NCBI GenBank assembly: GCA_965222605.1
Contig: OZ244960.1
Location: 1,248,001 to 1,312,000 of the forward strand
Direction: 5' to 3'
DNA from: Candidatus Latescibacterota bacterium
GTDB taxonomy: Bacteria; Latescibacterota; UBA2968
Length of the DNA: 64,000 bases
Part shown: positions 36,411 to 45,532 of the stretch, one piece after another
Position numbering within the stretch: position 1 is the stretch's first letter
Layout of the letters: every line of letters begins with the position of its first letter
Made by a program: the position numbers and the translations under genes
Notes under the pieces: generated by a model
Database searches by the model: none
Seen by the model: only the letters and a program-made list of their open reading frames with translations
What the model was told of the DNA's origin: nothing

Positions 36411-37703
36411 TCATCTGTGGTTGCTTTTTGCCACATCGGCAACCGCTTCAATCGTCGCATCGATCACGTCATCTGTATGCGCTGTCGATAAAAACCACGC
36501 GCCTCGCTCCAACGCGCGCACGCCTTTGTAATGAAGTGCCTCTGTAAATTTGATATACCGCTCGCGATCGGCTTGAAGCGAACTGCGATAATCGGTAACT
36601 GGAGAATCAACGCCAAAGCCGACGTGAAAAATCTGCGGGAAACCCGCAACCCTGGCTTGAATACCGGCATCTCTTAGTGCGCACGCAATACCTTCCATAA
36701 GCCGATTGCCCCGCGCATTGAGCACATCAAACGTCTCTTTTTTGCCCAACTCGGTCAGCGTAGCGATCACCGCGGCCATAGAAGCGGGTTGCGCATTATA
36801 AGTGCCTCCGTGCATCACACCCGCGACGAGCATATCCATCAAATCGCCTCGCCCGGCCAAACACGAAACCGGAAACCCATTGGCTATCGCCTTGCCAAAC
36901 GTCGCCAGATCGGGCGTCACCCCAAAGTATTGCTGCGCGCCGCCAGGCGCCACGCGAAACCCCGTAATTACCTCGTCAAAAATGAGCACCGTTCCCGTAT
37001 CGGTACACACCTCCCGAACCCCTTCCAAATAGCCCTCAGCGGGAAAAATCGCGCTGGTATTACACATCACAGGCTCCATAATAACAGCGGCGACATCCCC
37101 GCGTTTCAGACGCGCACGCAGAAGCTCCAGATTATTCCAGGGAAGCACCTCAGTGTGCCGACCTGCCACCAGATCTTGTCCTGCACTGGCGGGAATGGGG
37201 ATGGGCGCGTCAGCCGGGCCATACTGATCGGACGGGGGCGCAATAGACCACAGCACACTGTCAAACCAGCCGTGATAATGCCCCTCAAATTTGATCGCAA
37301 TTAACCGCCCCGTAGCCGCCCGCGCCAGGCGCAAAGCCGCTTGCACCACTTCGCTACCCGTGCAGTTAAACCGCACCCGCTCCGCGCACGGCACCATATC
37401 GCAAACCATCCTGGCTGCCTCTTGCTCAATCGCTGTCTGCCCGGCAAAAAGAATGCCCGACTTGAGCTGTTCCCGAACAGCAAACAGCACGGATTCCGGA
37501 TTGTGCCCCAGAATCATCGGCCCCATGCCCAGATAATAATCTACCAAACGATTGCCATCCACATCGTAGAGATACGGTCCTTCGCCGCGTTCAAAAACCA
37601 GAGGCGAGGGAACCATCCCCAGTCGAAAATTGCTATTTACACCGCCCGGTAAATATCGCGAGGCCTCGGCGATCAAACGCCTGGATTTTTCAAAACTTTT
37701 CAT
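36411..37703 (-). CDS. Class-III aminotransferase, glutamate-1-semialdehyde aminomutase-like
   Basis: PGGVNSNFR, FEGHYHG, IFDEVITGFR, TFGKAIANG, HGGTYN; start taken at MKSFEKS. Confidence 0.85.
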   Translation of the reverse strand: MKSFEKSRRLIAEASRYLPGGVNSNFRLGMVPSPLVFERGEGPYLYDVDGNRLVDYYLGMGPMILGHNPESVLFAVREQLKSGILFAGQTAIEQEAARMVCDMVPCAERVRFNCTGSEVVQAALRLARAATGRLIAIKFEGHYHGWFDSVLWSIAPPSDQYGPADAPIPIPASAGQDLVAGRHTEVLPWNNLELLRARLKRGDVAAVIMEPVMCNTSAIFPAEGYLEGVREVCTDTGTVLIFDEVITGFRVAPGGAQQYFGVTPDLATFGKAIANGFPVSCLAGRGDLMDMLVAGVMHGGTYNAQPASMAAVIATLTELGKKETFDVLNARGNRLMEGIACALRDAGIQARVAGFPQIFHVGFGVDSPVTDYRSSLQADRERYIKFTEALHYKGVRALERGAWFLSTAHTDDVIDATIEAVADVAKSNHR

Positions 37704-37790
37704 GCGAGTTCCTAACAGAAGGCGGGGACAATGGTTTGAAAAATCATGATAATCCACAATCCGCTGAAAGTCGATAGGTTTTCGACCGCG

Positions 37791-38762
37791 TTATTCAGAT
37801 TTTGTTACCTGGGATGATTCTTGATCGAGTTCCATAAATCGCACACGCGAGGAAACATCTTCGAGAAGAGCGCGGTTGGTGGCGATGAGATCGGCGACAA
37901 TACCGGTGAGAAACATCTGAAATCCAGCGAGCAGGAGGATGGCGGCGAGAATGAGCGATTGAATGTGGAGCGCGCCTTCGTCGGTAAAAAAGAAAAAATA
38001 GAGAAATCGGAGACCGATTAACGTGCCAAAAGCGAATACAACAGCACCAAAAGCTGAAAAAATGCGGAGTGCTTTGTAGCGTGCGTAAGTCCGCAGACTA
38101 ATCATGCCCGACTTAAAAACAAATACGCCCGGATTTTTGAAGAGGCGCGATTCGCGCGTTTTGGGATTTGTGCGAATGGACACAGTTTCGACAGCAAGAC
38201 GGTCTTGACCTGCTTGCACAACGTGCTCGGCAGTGTGATCAAAATCCGTGAACATCGACAAATGCAGGGCGGCGTCTCGAGAATAGGCGCGAAAACCACT
38301 GGCAACATCGGGCACCTCAATATGGGCGAGGCGACTGATGACGCGGCTGCCCAAACGCTGTAACCATCGCTTAATAAAAGAAAAGTGGCCGATGCCACTT
38401 GTCTGCCGATCTCCAATCACAATATGAGCGCGTTTCTCGATAATGGGCTGAACGAGTACGACAATATCGGGGCCATAGTACTGGTTATCGCCATCGGTAT
38501 TGACAATAATATCAGCACCGCGTTTGAGGCAGGTGTCAAAACCCGCTTTGAATGCATGACCCAGGCCGCGATTTTTTGGGAATTTGACAATATGATCCAC
38601 GCCGAGGTCGCGCGCGACCTCAGACGTGCGATCCGTAGAACCATCGTCAATGACCAGAATCTCGACTTTATCAATACCGGGAACTTCGCGCGGAATATCG
38701 TTAACCGTATCGGGCAGGGTTTCTTCTTCGTTGAGGCAGGGGATCTGGACAATTAGTTTCAT
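37791..38762 (-). CDS. Glycosyltransferase family 2 with C-terminal TM helices
   Basis: IPCLNEE, IDDGSTD, TDGDNQY, SGFRAYSR. Confidence 0.9.
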   Translation of the reverse strand: MKLIVQIPCLNEEETLPDTVNDIPREVPGIDKVEILVIDDGSTDRTSEVARDLGVDHIVKFPKNRGLGHAFKAGFDTCLKRGADIIVNTDGDNQYYGPDIVVLVQPIIEKRAHIVIGDRQTSGIGHFSFIKRWLQRLGSRVISRLAHIEVPDVASGFRAYSRDAALHLSMFTDFDHTAEHVVQAGQDRLAVETVSIRTNPKTRESRLFKNPGVFVFKSGMISLRTYARYKALRIFSAFGAVVFAFGTLIGLRFLYFFFFTDEGALHIQSLILAAILLLAGFQMFLTGIVADLIATNRALLEDVSSRVRFMELDQESSQVTKSE

Positions 38763-38764
38763 TT

Positions 38765-40438
38765 TTAATCGCCAAAGATAGCAGCTGAAGCGGCTTCGGC
38801 CTTTTCCATTCTTTCTTCATCGGATAAATCGCCCATCGCTTTGTAAAAAATCTCATCGTAATCGCGCGTTTTGATAACCACGGGCATGGGGACTGCATGC
38901 CCAAATACAAGGGCTTGCTGTTTGGAATCGAGACTGGCCAGGACACTGCGCAAGCCAGAGGCATTGGATACCCCTGTGAGCACCCCCTGGATGTCTTTTT
39001 CGTCATTGAGCAAAGCCGTGATTTTTGTGCCGAGTTGTGAAAGCACTTCTTCGTCAATGCCCGAGGGACGTTGATCAACCACGAGGAGCGAGACGTAGTA
39101 TTTGCGCATTTCCCTGGCAATCGTGCCAAAAATGGTTTGCCGCGCTGTCGCGGGGTTGAGAAACTTGTGGGCTTCTTCAATGGTGATGACCAGAGGCCGG
39201 GGCTGATCTTCGGGATTTTGCGAGGCGTAAAATTTTTCGCTTTTTGTGACGTATTGTTCGTGAATACGACGCGAGAGAATATTCGCCACGAGCAAATAGG
39301 CGAGCATACTGGTCTGCCGACCAAATTCGAGCACAATGTGAATACCGCGGTCGATGTAGTCCATCATTGTATCGACAGCATCGGCACCATTCAGACTGTT
39401 GACCATAAAGGGAAAGGTCTCAATGCGTTTGAGTTTGCGGTGCAACGCGGAAAGCGAGCTTTTATTGGCGCCAATATCCTCGGCAAATTGCTCGACATCG
39501 GGACCGTCAAGAGAGAGCAATTGGCGCAGCCAGCGGTTTTTGTACATCGCGTAAACCAGATAGGCAGATTCAGAGGCCGTAGGATTGAGTTGCAGTTCGT
39601 CTTGCAACGCAATAACATCTTCAACGGCGATCTGATCGTAGGTAATGTACACCTCGTGATCGGGTTGAATCCCGCGCTGTCGAGACGATTCGGGGTCGAG
39701 GGAAAATAGGGCGACCTGATTCCCAAAAAGTTGTTTGAGACCCTTGACAAAGCTATTTCCTTGACCGCCCTCTTTCATAGCGCGAAAACCGTATTCGTTG
39801 TGCATATCAAAAATGAGATTGACGGCTTTCTTGTTTTTAATCAGACCACACAACACCAGGCGCGTGAGAAAAGATTTTCCCGTGCCCGTTTTGCCAAAAA
39901 TGCCATTGCTGCGCTCGACAAAGCGATTGAGATTGATGCACACCGGCGTATCCATGTCCAACGGCGTACCCATGTTGAAAAACCGGTCGTCTTTCTCCTC
40001 GCTGCCAAAAACGCGCGATACATCTTCTTCATCGGCGTCAACGACTTTAGAAAAATGACTGGGAATGGTTTTCACCGGACGCGGTTCATCGACGATTTCT
40101 TCGCCCTGTTCCAGCATGAGCATGGGGCGCAGTGCAACGGTGACGTAGGTGCTGGAACCATTGAGAACGCTGTGCAACAACTGGTCGCCCTCGCGCGGCG
40201 GATAAAGCAAAATTTCGGGATTGGTCGCATCCAAACTCAGATCGGTAATCATAGAGAAGAACTGATTTTTATAGCCATCAATAACCACAAATTTGCCGGC
40301 TTTGACGTCTTCCACACTGCGGTCGGGGTTGAGTTTCATCTCAACGCCCTCGGTCAAAGACCCCTGCGTGACAACGCCGATTTCGCCGCCATCCTGAATA
40401 TTGGGCGAACCATTTAGATTATTCCAGAGATCGTTCAT
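38765..40438 (-). CDS. herA: HerA-type ATPase with N-terminal HAS barrel
   Basis: GKTGTGKS, IFDMHNEY, IEEAHKF, AREMRKY, DQRPS; linked to nurA. Confidence 0.88.
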   Translation of the reverse strand: MNDLWNNLNGSPNIQDGGEIGVVTQGSLTEGVEMKLNPDRSVEDVKAGKFVVIDGYKNQFFSMITDLSLDATNPEILLYPPREGDQLLHSVLNGSSTYVTVALRPMLMLEQGEEIVDEPRPVKTIPSHFSKVVDADEEDVSRVFGSEEKDDRFFNMGTPLDMDTPVCINLNRFVERSNGIFGKTGTGKSFLTRLVLCGLIKNKKAVNLIFDMHNEYGFRAMKEGGQGNSFVKGLKQLFGNQVALFSLDPESSRQRGIQPDHEVYITYDQIAVEDVIALQDELQLNPTASESAYLVYAMYKNRWLRQLLSLDGPDVEQFAEDIGANKSSLSALHRKLKRIETFPFMVNSLNGADAVDTMMDYIDRGIHIVLEFGRQTSMLAYLLVANILSRRIHEQYVTKSEKFYASQNPEDQPRPLVITIEEAHKFLNPATARQTIFGTIAREMRKYYVSLLVVDQRPSGIDEEVLSQLGTKITALLNDEKDIQGVLTGVSNASGLRSVLASLDSKQQALVFGHAVPMPVVIKTRDYDEIFYKAMGDLSDEERMEKAEAASAAIFGD

Positions 40439-40440
40439 AA

Positions 40441-40528
40441 AAGTCAGTGGTTAATAGTTAGTAGTCAGCCCAGCCCCCAGTCCCCAGCCCCTCTTTTTTA
40501 TCTGCGTTCATCTGCGTCATCTGCGGAT
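40441..40528. repeat. Composite short tandem repeats in the intergenic spacer
   Basis: AGTCAGT/AGTTAGT units, CCCCAG[CT] units, ATCTGCG x3. Confidence 0.6.
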
Positions 40529-40533
40529 CACAC

Positions 40534-41130
40534 TTATTGCGAAATCCGCCGCATAATAGAACTCAGCCGGTCGTAGTCATCGCGGATGAGGCGACACAGG
40601 TCTTTGCCAATGCCCACCAGATAGGGCATATCGAAAGCGCGGGCTGCCCACGCATTTCGCACCGAGGCGATGATGAGATCGTCGGCGGGCAGGCGGTTAC
40701 CGCATAAAATGCTGCGTAGAAAATCCCCGCTATTGGTCAAGGCTTTAATTTCAGACTCAGTACAGGGAAAAACAAAACTGTGAATGCCGGGCGGTTGCGG
40801 GGGCAAAACCTGTTGCGGACCTCGGTCGTCGCCATAGCCAATAATAACAGCTTCAAATTCTGTCTTGAGAAGTTCAAAAATTTGCGGTTGTTCTTCGCGC
40901 AATTCTTGCTCGGTAAGCCCATACGCCGTGGCGCGTCGGTTGGGTTCAATAGAGTGCGTACACACATTGAAAACCAGACCATATACAGGCAATGCGCCAA
41001 GGGTCTTGACAAAGGAGCCGAATGGCGGCGCGCCATTTAACTCCCGGCTTTCAGAAGTAAATTGTGAAGTAGAGCTTTCTACAATTTCGCCGATATATTC
41101 AGTGCTGATATCGAGTTGCGCGAGTGACAT
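40534..41130 (-). CDS. Stand-alone HAS-barrel domain protein (NurA-HerA accessory)
   Basis: IGEIVESST, PPFGSFVK, EQPQIFELLKTEF, PPQPPGIHSFV, DDYDRL; position in the nurA-herA cluster. Confidence 0.75.
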   Translation of the reverse strand: MSLAQLDISTEYIGEIVESSTSQFTSESRELNGAPPFGSFVKTLGALPVYGLVFNVCTHSIEPNRRATAYGLTEQELREEQPQIFELLKTEFEAVIIGYGDDRGPQQVLPPQPPGIHSFVFPCTESEIKALTNSGDFLRSILCGNRLPADDLIIASVRNAWAARAFDMPYLVGIGKDLCRLIRDDYDRLSSIMRRISQ

Positions 41131-41138
41131 ACGGACCT

Positions 41139-41375
41139 CTATCGTGAAAGGATATACCAGTCTGATGCTGTAATTTCGCGTTCGAGAATCGCTCCAATTT
41201 CTCGGACCATGAACCGCAATTGCGGAACAGAGTATTCAGAATTGGACGGAATGGATAATCGGTGATTTTGATAGGTCATAAACTGGTGACGTGTACCCGA
41301 ATAGGGACCATCAAATCCGAGTTTACGAAGACGACGAATAAAATCGCGACGTTTACACGGTGTCCAACGATTCAT
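41139..41375 (-). CDS. hicA: HicA family toxin
   Basis: 78 aa, LRKLGF...GTRHQFM...IP; overlaps hicB. Confidence 0.8.
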   Translation of the reverse strand: MNRWTPCKRRDFIRRLRKLGFDGPYSGTRHQFMTYQNHRLSIPSNSEYSVPQLRFMVREIGAILEREITASDWYILSR

Positions 41376-41625
41376 ACATGGGCACCTTGTTTAAGTCAAT
41401 ATCATTAATTACAGGAAGTGTATGTCCAAGCTTAATACCCACGAAAATCCAATCTTCGAGTGTGGAATGAAGTTCCGATTCACAATCGCGAAGCGAATTG
41501 GCAAATGCCACTACACCTTTGCATAGAGGAATACGTCCACCGAATGTACCATCTTCAAGTTTGTCGTATTCGGCCTGCGCCATGAGGTCGTTAATATAAT
41601 CCGTGAGGATAAATTGAGTAGCCAT
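41353..41625 (-). CDS. hicB: HicB family antitoxin, short form without DNA-binding domain
   Basis: EDGTFGGRIPLCKGVVAFANSL...LEDWI...LP. Confidence 0.8.
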   Translation of the reverse strand: MATQFILTDYINDLMAQAEYDKLEDGTFGGRIPLCKGVVAFANSLRDCESELHSTLEDWIFVGIKLGHTLPVINDIDLNKVPMYESLDTV

Positions 41626-41636
41626 TGATAGCCTCT

Positions 41637-42857
41637 CTACACTGCTGCCGCTATTTTTTTTAGTTGTTTGAGCGACTGTTCGGTTTTGATATTATTTTTG
41701 ACAAAAGCGTCTTTCAAGAACTTAAAAAATATGTCGCGGTCAGCCCCGCGCACAATGGCGCGTTCGTGGGATTCGGATAAGACGACGGGATATCCGCGCC
41801 CCTTATCGACCTGATCGACAATCGTGGCGTGTACGAGATCGAGCAACTCGCGGTCTTTGGCAACCCATTCGGGGATTTCGACGCGCCCAATTTCCCAACC
41901 CGTGTGTACGTAAAAAAAGCAAATGCGGTGGGGACCATAGTCCTCGAGAATTTTAGACGCGCTGCGATAAACACCACTGCGCTCGCCGCGTTTGAGTTTG
42001 CGGGCATACAGCATATCGTCGGTAACACCGGCGATGGGTTCACAGGGAATGGGTGCAGGCGGTTCAGAATCGCCATCAAAATCGAGAAGATGCTGCGCCT
42101 CGGCTGCTTTCCACGGGCACTTGTCGCAGTTGGGGGGCTGTTCGGGACAAAGTCCCACGCGCAGGGCATTGAGCACATCGGCACTGCCGGGATCTGAAAT
42201 ATACCCGGCAATGGGAACGCGGAGTTCGCGCAGATGCTCCAAACCGGCGAGCGTGGCCTGGAGAGTTTCGCGGCGGAAATCGTAGGGTTTGCCTTCGAGC
42301 ATCCACAAAATCAGGGTTCCATCGGTCAGCCCGACACAGGTTCGACCTTCTGCGTGCGCTTGAGCAGAGAGGGCGACGACCTTTTCGAGTTCCATGGCAT
42401 TTCGCCGCACGCCAACGACTTCTCGGGTGATAGGGCTGCGCTTGCCCGCCCATTCCTGATAGAGGTCGTCTTCATCGTAAAAAAGCGTTGGTTCGCTGTT
42501 TAACACGGGGCGTTCTCCCGTGCCATAATGAATGACGACATAGCCAATATTGATCAAAAAACAATTGGCGACTTCGTGCCGGTCGGGGAAAATCTGAGAT
42601 CCATCGGCGGCAATAACAGTGAGTTCTTTTGGACGGTCGGATTTTGGACACGCCTCGGTAACCGGCCCACCGAGTTGGGCAACCAGCCAGGAAGTGCGGC
42701 TGCGCGCAATTTTAATACCCAGAGTCTCCCAGGCATCTTCCCAGCGATCCATCTCGGAACACGCGAGATCAATGCGAGCAAAAAAGTCGTCTTGCAGAGT
42801 ACTGGCATCAACCGCCATCTGGTCAATCTGGCGTTTGAGCAACCCGTAATCGAGCAT
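41637..42857 (-). CDS. nurA: NurA nuclease
   Basis: AADGSQI, LTDGTL, GYISDP, RVEIPEWV, GYPVVLSESHERA; start taken at MLDYG. Confidence 0.88.
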   Translation of the reverse strand: MLDYGLLKRQIDQMAVDASTLQDDFFARIDLACSEMDRWEDAWETLGIKIARSRTSWLVAQLGGPVTEACPKSDRPKELTVIAADGSQIFPDRHEVANCFLINIGYVVIHYGTGERPVLNSEPTLFYDEDDLYQEWAGKRSPITREVVGVRRNAMELEKVVALSAQAHAEGRTCVGLTDGTLILWMLEGKPYDFRRETLQATLAGLEHLRELRVPIAGYISDPGSADVLNALRVGLCPEQPPNCDKCPWKAAEAQHLLDFDGDSEPPAPIPCEPIAGVTDDMLYARKLKRGERSGVYRSASKILEDYGPHRICFFYVHTGWEIGRVEIPEWVAKDRELLDLVHATIVDQVDKGRGYPVVLSESHERAIVRGADRDIFFKFLKDAFVKNNIKTEQSLKQLKKIAAAV

Positions 42858-42884
42858 AAGAGGCTCCAATGACGTGGCTCGTGA

Positions 42885-43442
42885 CTATACGATTGATTCA
42901 TAAAAGAATTGCCGGCCACCGCCGGGTACACTGCCATCGCGCACACGGCACACGAGGCCCATTTTTTGAAGGGCATTGAGCCGATTGCATGCGATATTGA
43001 TATTTTTGTGCAGTGCATGGGCAAACTCGGAAGACGTGCCTTTTTTTCGAGTCAGGACAACGTCAAGGGCTTCCCGAATGGGCGTTTTGAGCACACCAAG
43101 CACCTGAATATCGCCTTCGTCATCTTTGAAAAGTGCGGCCAGGTCGCGCAATTTGAGCACGGCCTCAAAGGTCTCGCGCACGGAATCATTGGCATTTTGG
43201 ATAAAAGAAAAACGATTGCCAAGCTCTCCACTGCCAATACGCATGAGGAGTTTGCAGAGCAACTCGTCGGCACAGGAGATATCGATAAACGAGACATTGG
43301 TAAAGTCGAGAGGCGTAACCGCATCGTCATCGGCTGTTTGCATAAATGCCATAAGCTGATTGAGCAGGACTTCACCTCGATCGCGCCCACTCAGAATACC
43401 CGTAGGCGTTTCAAAAACAAAAGGGGGGGTTTGTTCAGGCAT
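42885..43442 (-). CDS. STAS-like (DUF4325-like) plus winged-HTH protein, putative regulator
   Basis: GRDRG, LDFTNVSFIDISCADE; C-terminal SSEFAHALHKNINIACNRLNALQKMGLV...GGRQFFY. Confidence 0.7.
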   Translation of the reverse strand: MPEQTPPFVFETPTGILSGRDRGEVLLNQLMAFMQTADDDAVTPLDFTNVSFIDISCADELLCKLLMRIGSGELGNRFSFIQNANDSVRETFEAVLKLRDLAALFKDDEGDIQVLGVLKTPIREALDVVLTRKKGTSSEFAHALHKNINIACNRLNALQKMGLVCRVRDGSVPGGGRQFFYESIV

Positions 43443-43507
43443 CTCATCGTCCCTTAAAATTCGGTTGAAATTCTATTTGTGGGGGTTGGGGGAACGATGG
43501 GGAAGAA

Positions 43508-43531
43508 AACTTAATTGAATTCAGTTAAGTT
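43508..43531. promoter_or_regulatory. 24-bp palindromic operator at the +1 of the nurA cluster promoter
   Basis: AACTTAATTGAATTCAGTTAAGTT, one mismatched pair. Confidence 0.6.
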
Positions 43532-43537
43532 GTTGAG

Positions 43538-43566
43538 AAATTAGGCGTTCTGAAATAATATGTCAA
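43538..43566 (-). promoter_or_regulatory. Sigma70-type promoter of the STAS-wHTH/nurA cluster
   Basis: TTGACA, 17 nt, TAATTT on the minus strand. Confidence 0.65.
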
Positions 43567-43592
43567 GTATTTTCTTTTATCTGGTGCATTAC

Positions 43593-43621
43593 TTGCAAAT
43601 ACGGCGCGTGTGAGATATATT
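43593..43621 (+). promoter_or_regulatory. Sigma70-type promoter of queE
   Basis: TTGCAA, 17 nt, TATATT. Confidence 0.55.
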
Positions 43622-43701
43622 TCTTTAACATCATAGACGACTGCTAAAGAGCACAACTTCATAAAGGCTTAAATGTGAACCCTCCGGCATCCAGAGATCA
43701 A

Positions 43702-44298
43702 ATGCCCGTTTGGCGCGGCGATGGCGAGATCTTGCAAATCAATGAAATTTTCTATTCTATAGAAGGTGAGGGCCTGCGCGTGGGACAACCCACAACATTT
43801 GTCAGGCTTGCGCGTTGCAATTTGCGCTGCTTCTTTTGCGATACGGAATTTGATTCTTTTGAAGAAATGACTATTGCTCAAATTGTCGATGAAATCATGC
43901 ATCACCCGGCAAAGTGGGTGTGTTTGACCGGGGGAGAGCCGCTGGGGCAAAATATCACGCCACTGTGCCGGGAACTCGTCAGCGCGGATTTTCGGTTGCA
44001 CATCGAGACAAATGGAACGATTGATCCAGATTCAGCTTTGTGCGATCTAATTGAACACTGGACTGTATCGCCCAAACGGCAAAAAATTGCCGATGGTCTG
44101 ACGCATATCACCGAACTCAAATACGTGGTGGGCAAAGCGTTTTGCGAAAATACAGTCGATGAAAACCGCGCAAAATATATTTATTTACAGCCCGAATCGA
44201 GCAAACCCCAATACATTCACAAGGCATTGGAAATTTTGTCGCGACATCCCAACTGGCGCTTGTCGTGTCGCATTCACAAAATGTTGCAATTGCCTTAA
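43702..44298 (+). CDS. queE: 7-carboxy-7-deazaguanine synthase (radical SAM)
   Basis: EIFYSIEGEG, RLARCNLRCFFCDT, TGGEP, IETNG, TVSPK, YLQP; start at 43675 (GTG) or 43702 (ATG). Confidence 0.85.
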   Translation: MPVWRGDGEILQINEIFYSIEGEGLRVGQPTTFVRLARCNLRCFFCDTEFDSFEEMTIAQIVDEIMHHPAKWVCLTGGEPLGQNITPLCRELVSADFRLHIETNGTIDPDSALCDLIEHWTVSPKRQKIADGLTHITELKYVVGKAFCENTVDENRAKYIYLQPESSKPQYIHKALEILSRHPNWRLSCRIHKMLQLP

Positions 44299-44310
44299 GG
44301 AGACAGGTAC

Positions 44311-45312
44311 ATGATCAAATTGGGTATGATTGGATGTGGCGGCATGGGAGGTGCCCACATGCGGCGGTTTCACACACTGAGCGATCGGGTCAAATTGGCC
44401 GCCGCCGTCGATGTTGTGCCAGAACGCGCAGAAGCAGTCGCGCAGCAATTTCCAGGAGCCTGTGTGGCGACAGATTATCGCGAGATTTTAGACTCGGTAG
44501 ATGCCGTATTGCTCGCACTACCCCACCATTTGCACTTTTCCGTGGGACATGCGTGTCTCAATGCTGGCGTTCATGTCTTGCTCGAAAAACCCATGGCAAA
44601 TTACGAAGTCGCCTGCAAAGAACTGAACGAGGCATCTGAAACCTCGGGCAAAGTGCTAATGATTGCGTATTGTATGCGCTTTCATCCAATTGTACAGCGT
44701 TTAAAAGCATTGCTGAATGAAGGCGCGTACGGCGACGTATTTCAAGTGTCGATCTGGACCGAACAACTCACTCGATATCCCCCCGATCACTGGGCTTCGA
44801 GCAAAGAGCGGTTGGGCGGGGGGCAGTTGTTTAGTCACGGCTGTCATTATATCGACTTATTGCTCTGGTTTTTAGGACGACCCGTGCAGGGCATGCACAT
44901 GGGCACAAATTTTGGTACGCCGTGGATGGAGCGAGAAGGCACGAGCAATGTGACGATGGAATTTGAAGATGGCCGTCTGGGATATCACTTTGGCACCTGG
45001 GGCGCACGGGGCACCCGGTTGCGGTACTCAATCCATGCGCATTGCACAGAAGGTTTGCTCGATGCCGATCTTTCAGGTGGCAAACTCGTGCATATCATAC
45101 GCGGTCAAGAGAAAGTTTTGTTCGAAGCAGAGCCGGGCAAACACACAGAAAATGAGATGGCCCATTTTCTCGATTGCATTGAAACCGGACAAACACCACT
45201 GACAGATGGCAAAAGCAGCTTGCAGGGATTGCGCGTGATCTGGCGGTTATATGAAGCTGAGCAAGCAGGGAATATTGCAGATTTGACGGGATTGGGTTTG
45301 GATGAAGTCTAA
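44311..45312 (+). CDS. Gfo/Idh/MocA oxidoreductase
   Basis: GCGGMG, HVLLEKPMA, GGGQLFSHGCHYID; AGGAG RBS. Confidence 0.9.
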   Translation: MIKLGMIGCGGMGGAHMRRFHTLSDRVKLAAAVDVVPERAEAVAQQFPGACVATDYREILDSVDAVLLALPHHLHFSVGHACLNAGVHVLLEKPMANYEVACKELNEASETSGKVLMIAYCMRFHPIVQRLKALLNEGAYGDVFQVSIWTEQLTRYPPDHWASSKERLGGGQLFSHGCHYIDLLLWFLGRPVQGMHMGTNFGTPWMEREGTSNVTMEFEDGRLGYHFGTWGARGTRLRYSIHAHCTEGLLDADLSGGKLVHIIRGQEKVLFEAEPGKHTENEMAHFLDCIETGQTPLTDGKSSLQGLRVIWRLYEAEQAGNIADLTGLGLDEV

Positions 45313-45375
45313 TAAGTTTCGAAAATTCAATGAATTGAGGTTGTGATTCTATCTCCGCAATTGGGGAATTTCCGC

Positions 45376-45404
45376 TTGACACTCCGATACTCTTATTATA
45401 GATT
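45376..45404 (+). promoter_or_regulatory. Sigma70-type promoter of thrS
   Basis: TTGACA, 17 nt, TAGATT. Confidence 0.65.
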
Positions 45405-45532
45405 TACCAGACTTTGGCAGGTTTCTATCTTTTAATCTTCATTGCTGAGGGATATCTGCGGGCGAAACTGCTCACCGAACAGTTCCACGATTTCACATCT
45501 CGCGCGCCGGCAATTCCCGAGCGCGATTTTTT

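Noticed and set aside
36411-37703. Assigning hemL
   Set aside because: HemL-like, but context and divergence fit a paralog; no symbol given
43622-43700. preQ1 riboswitch upstream of queE
   Set aside because: No recognisable preQ1-I stem-loop with A-rich tail
45405-45532. tRNA or T-box upstream of thrS
   Set aside because: No cloverleaf or TTCGA T-loop, and no GGTGGxACC T-box motif
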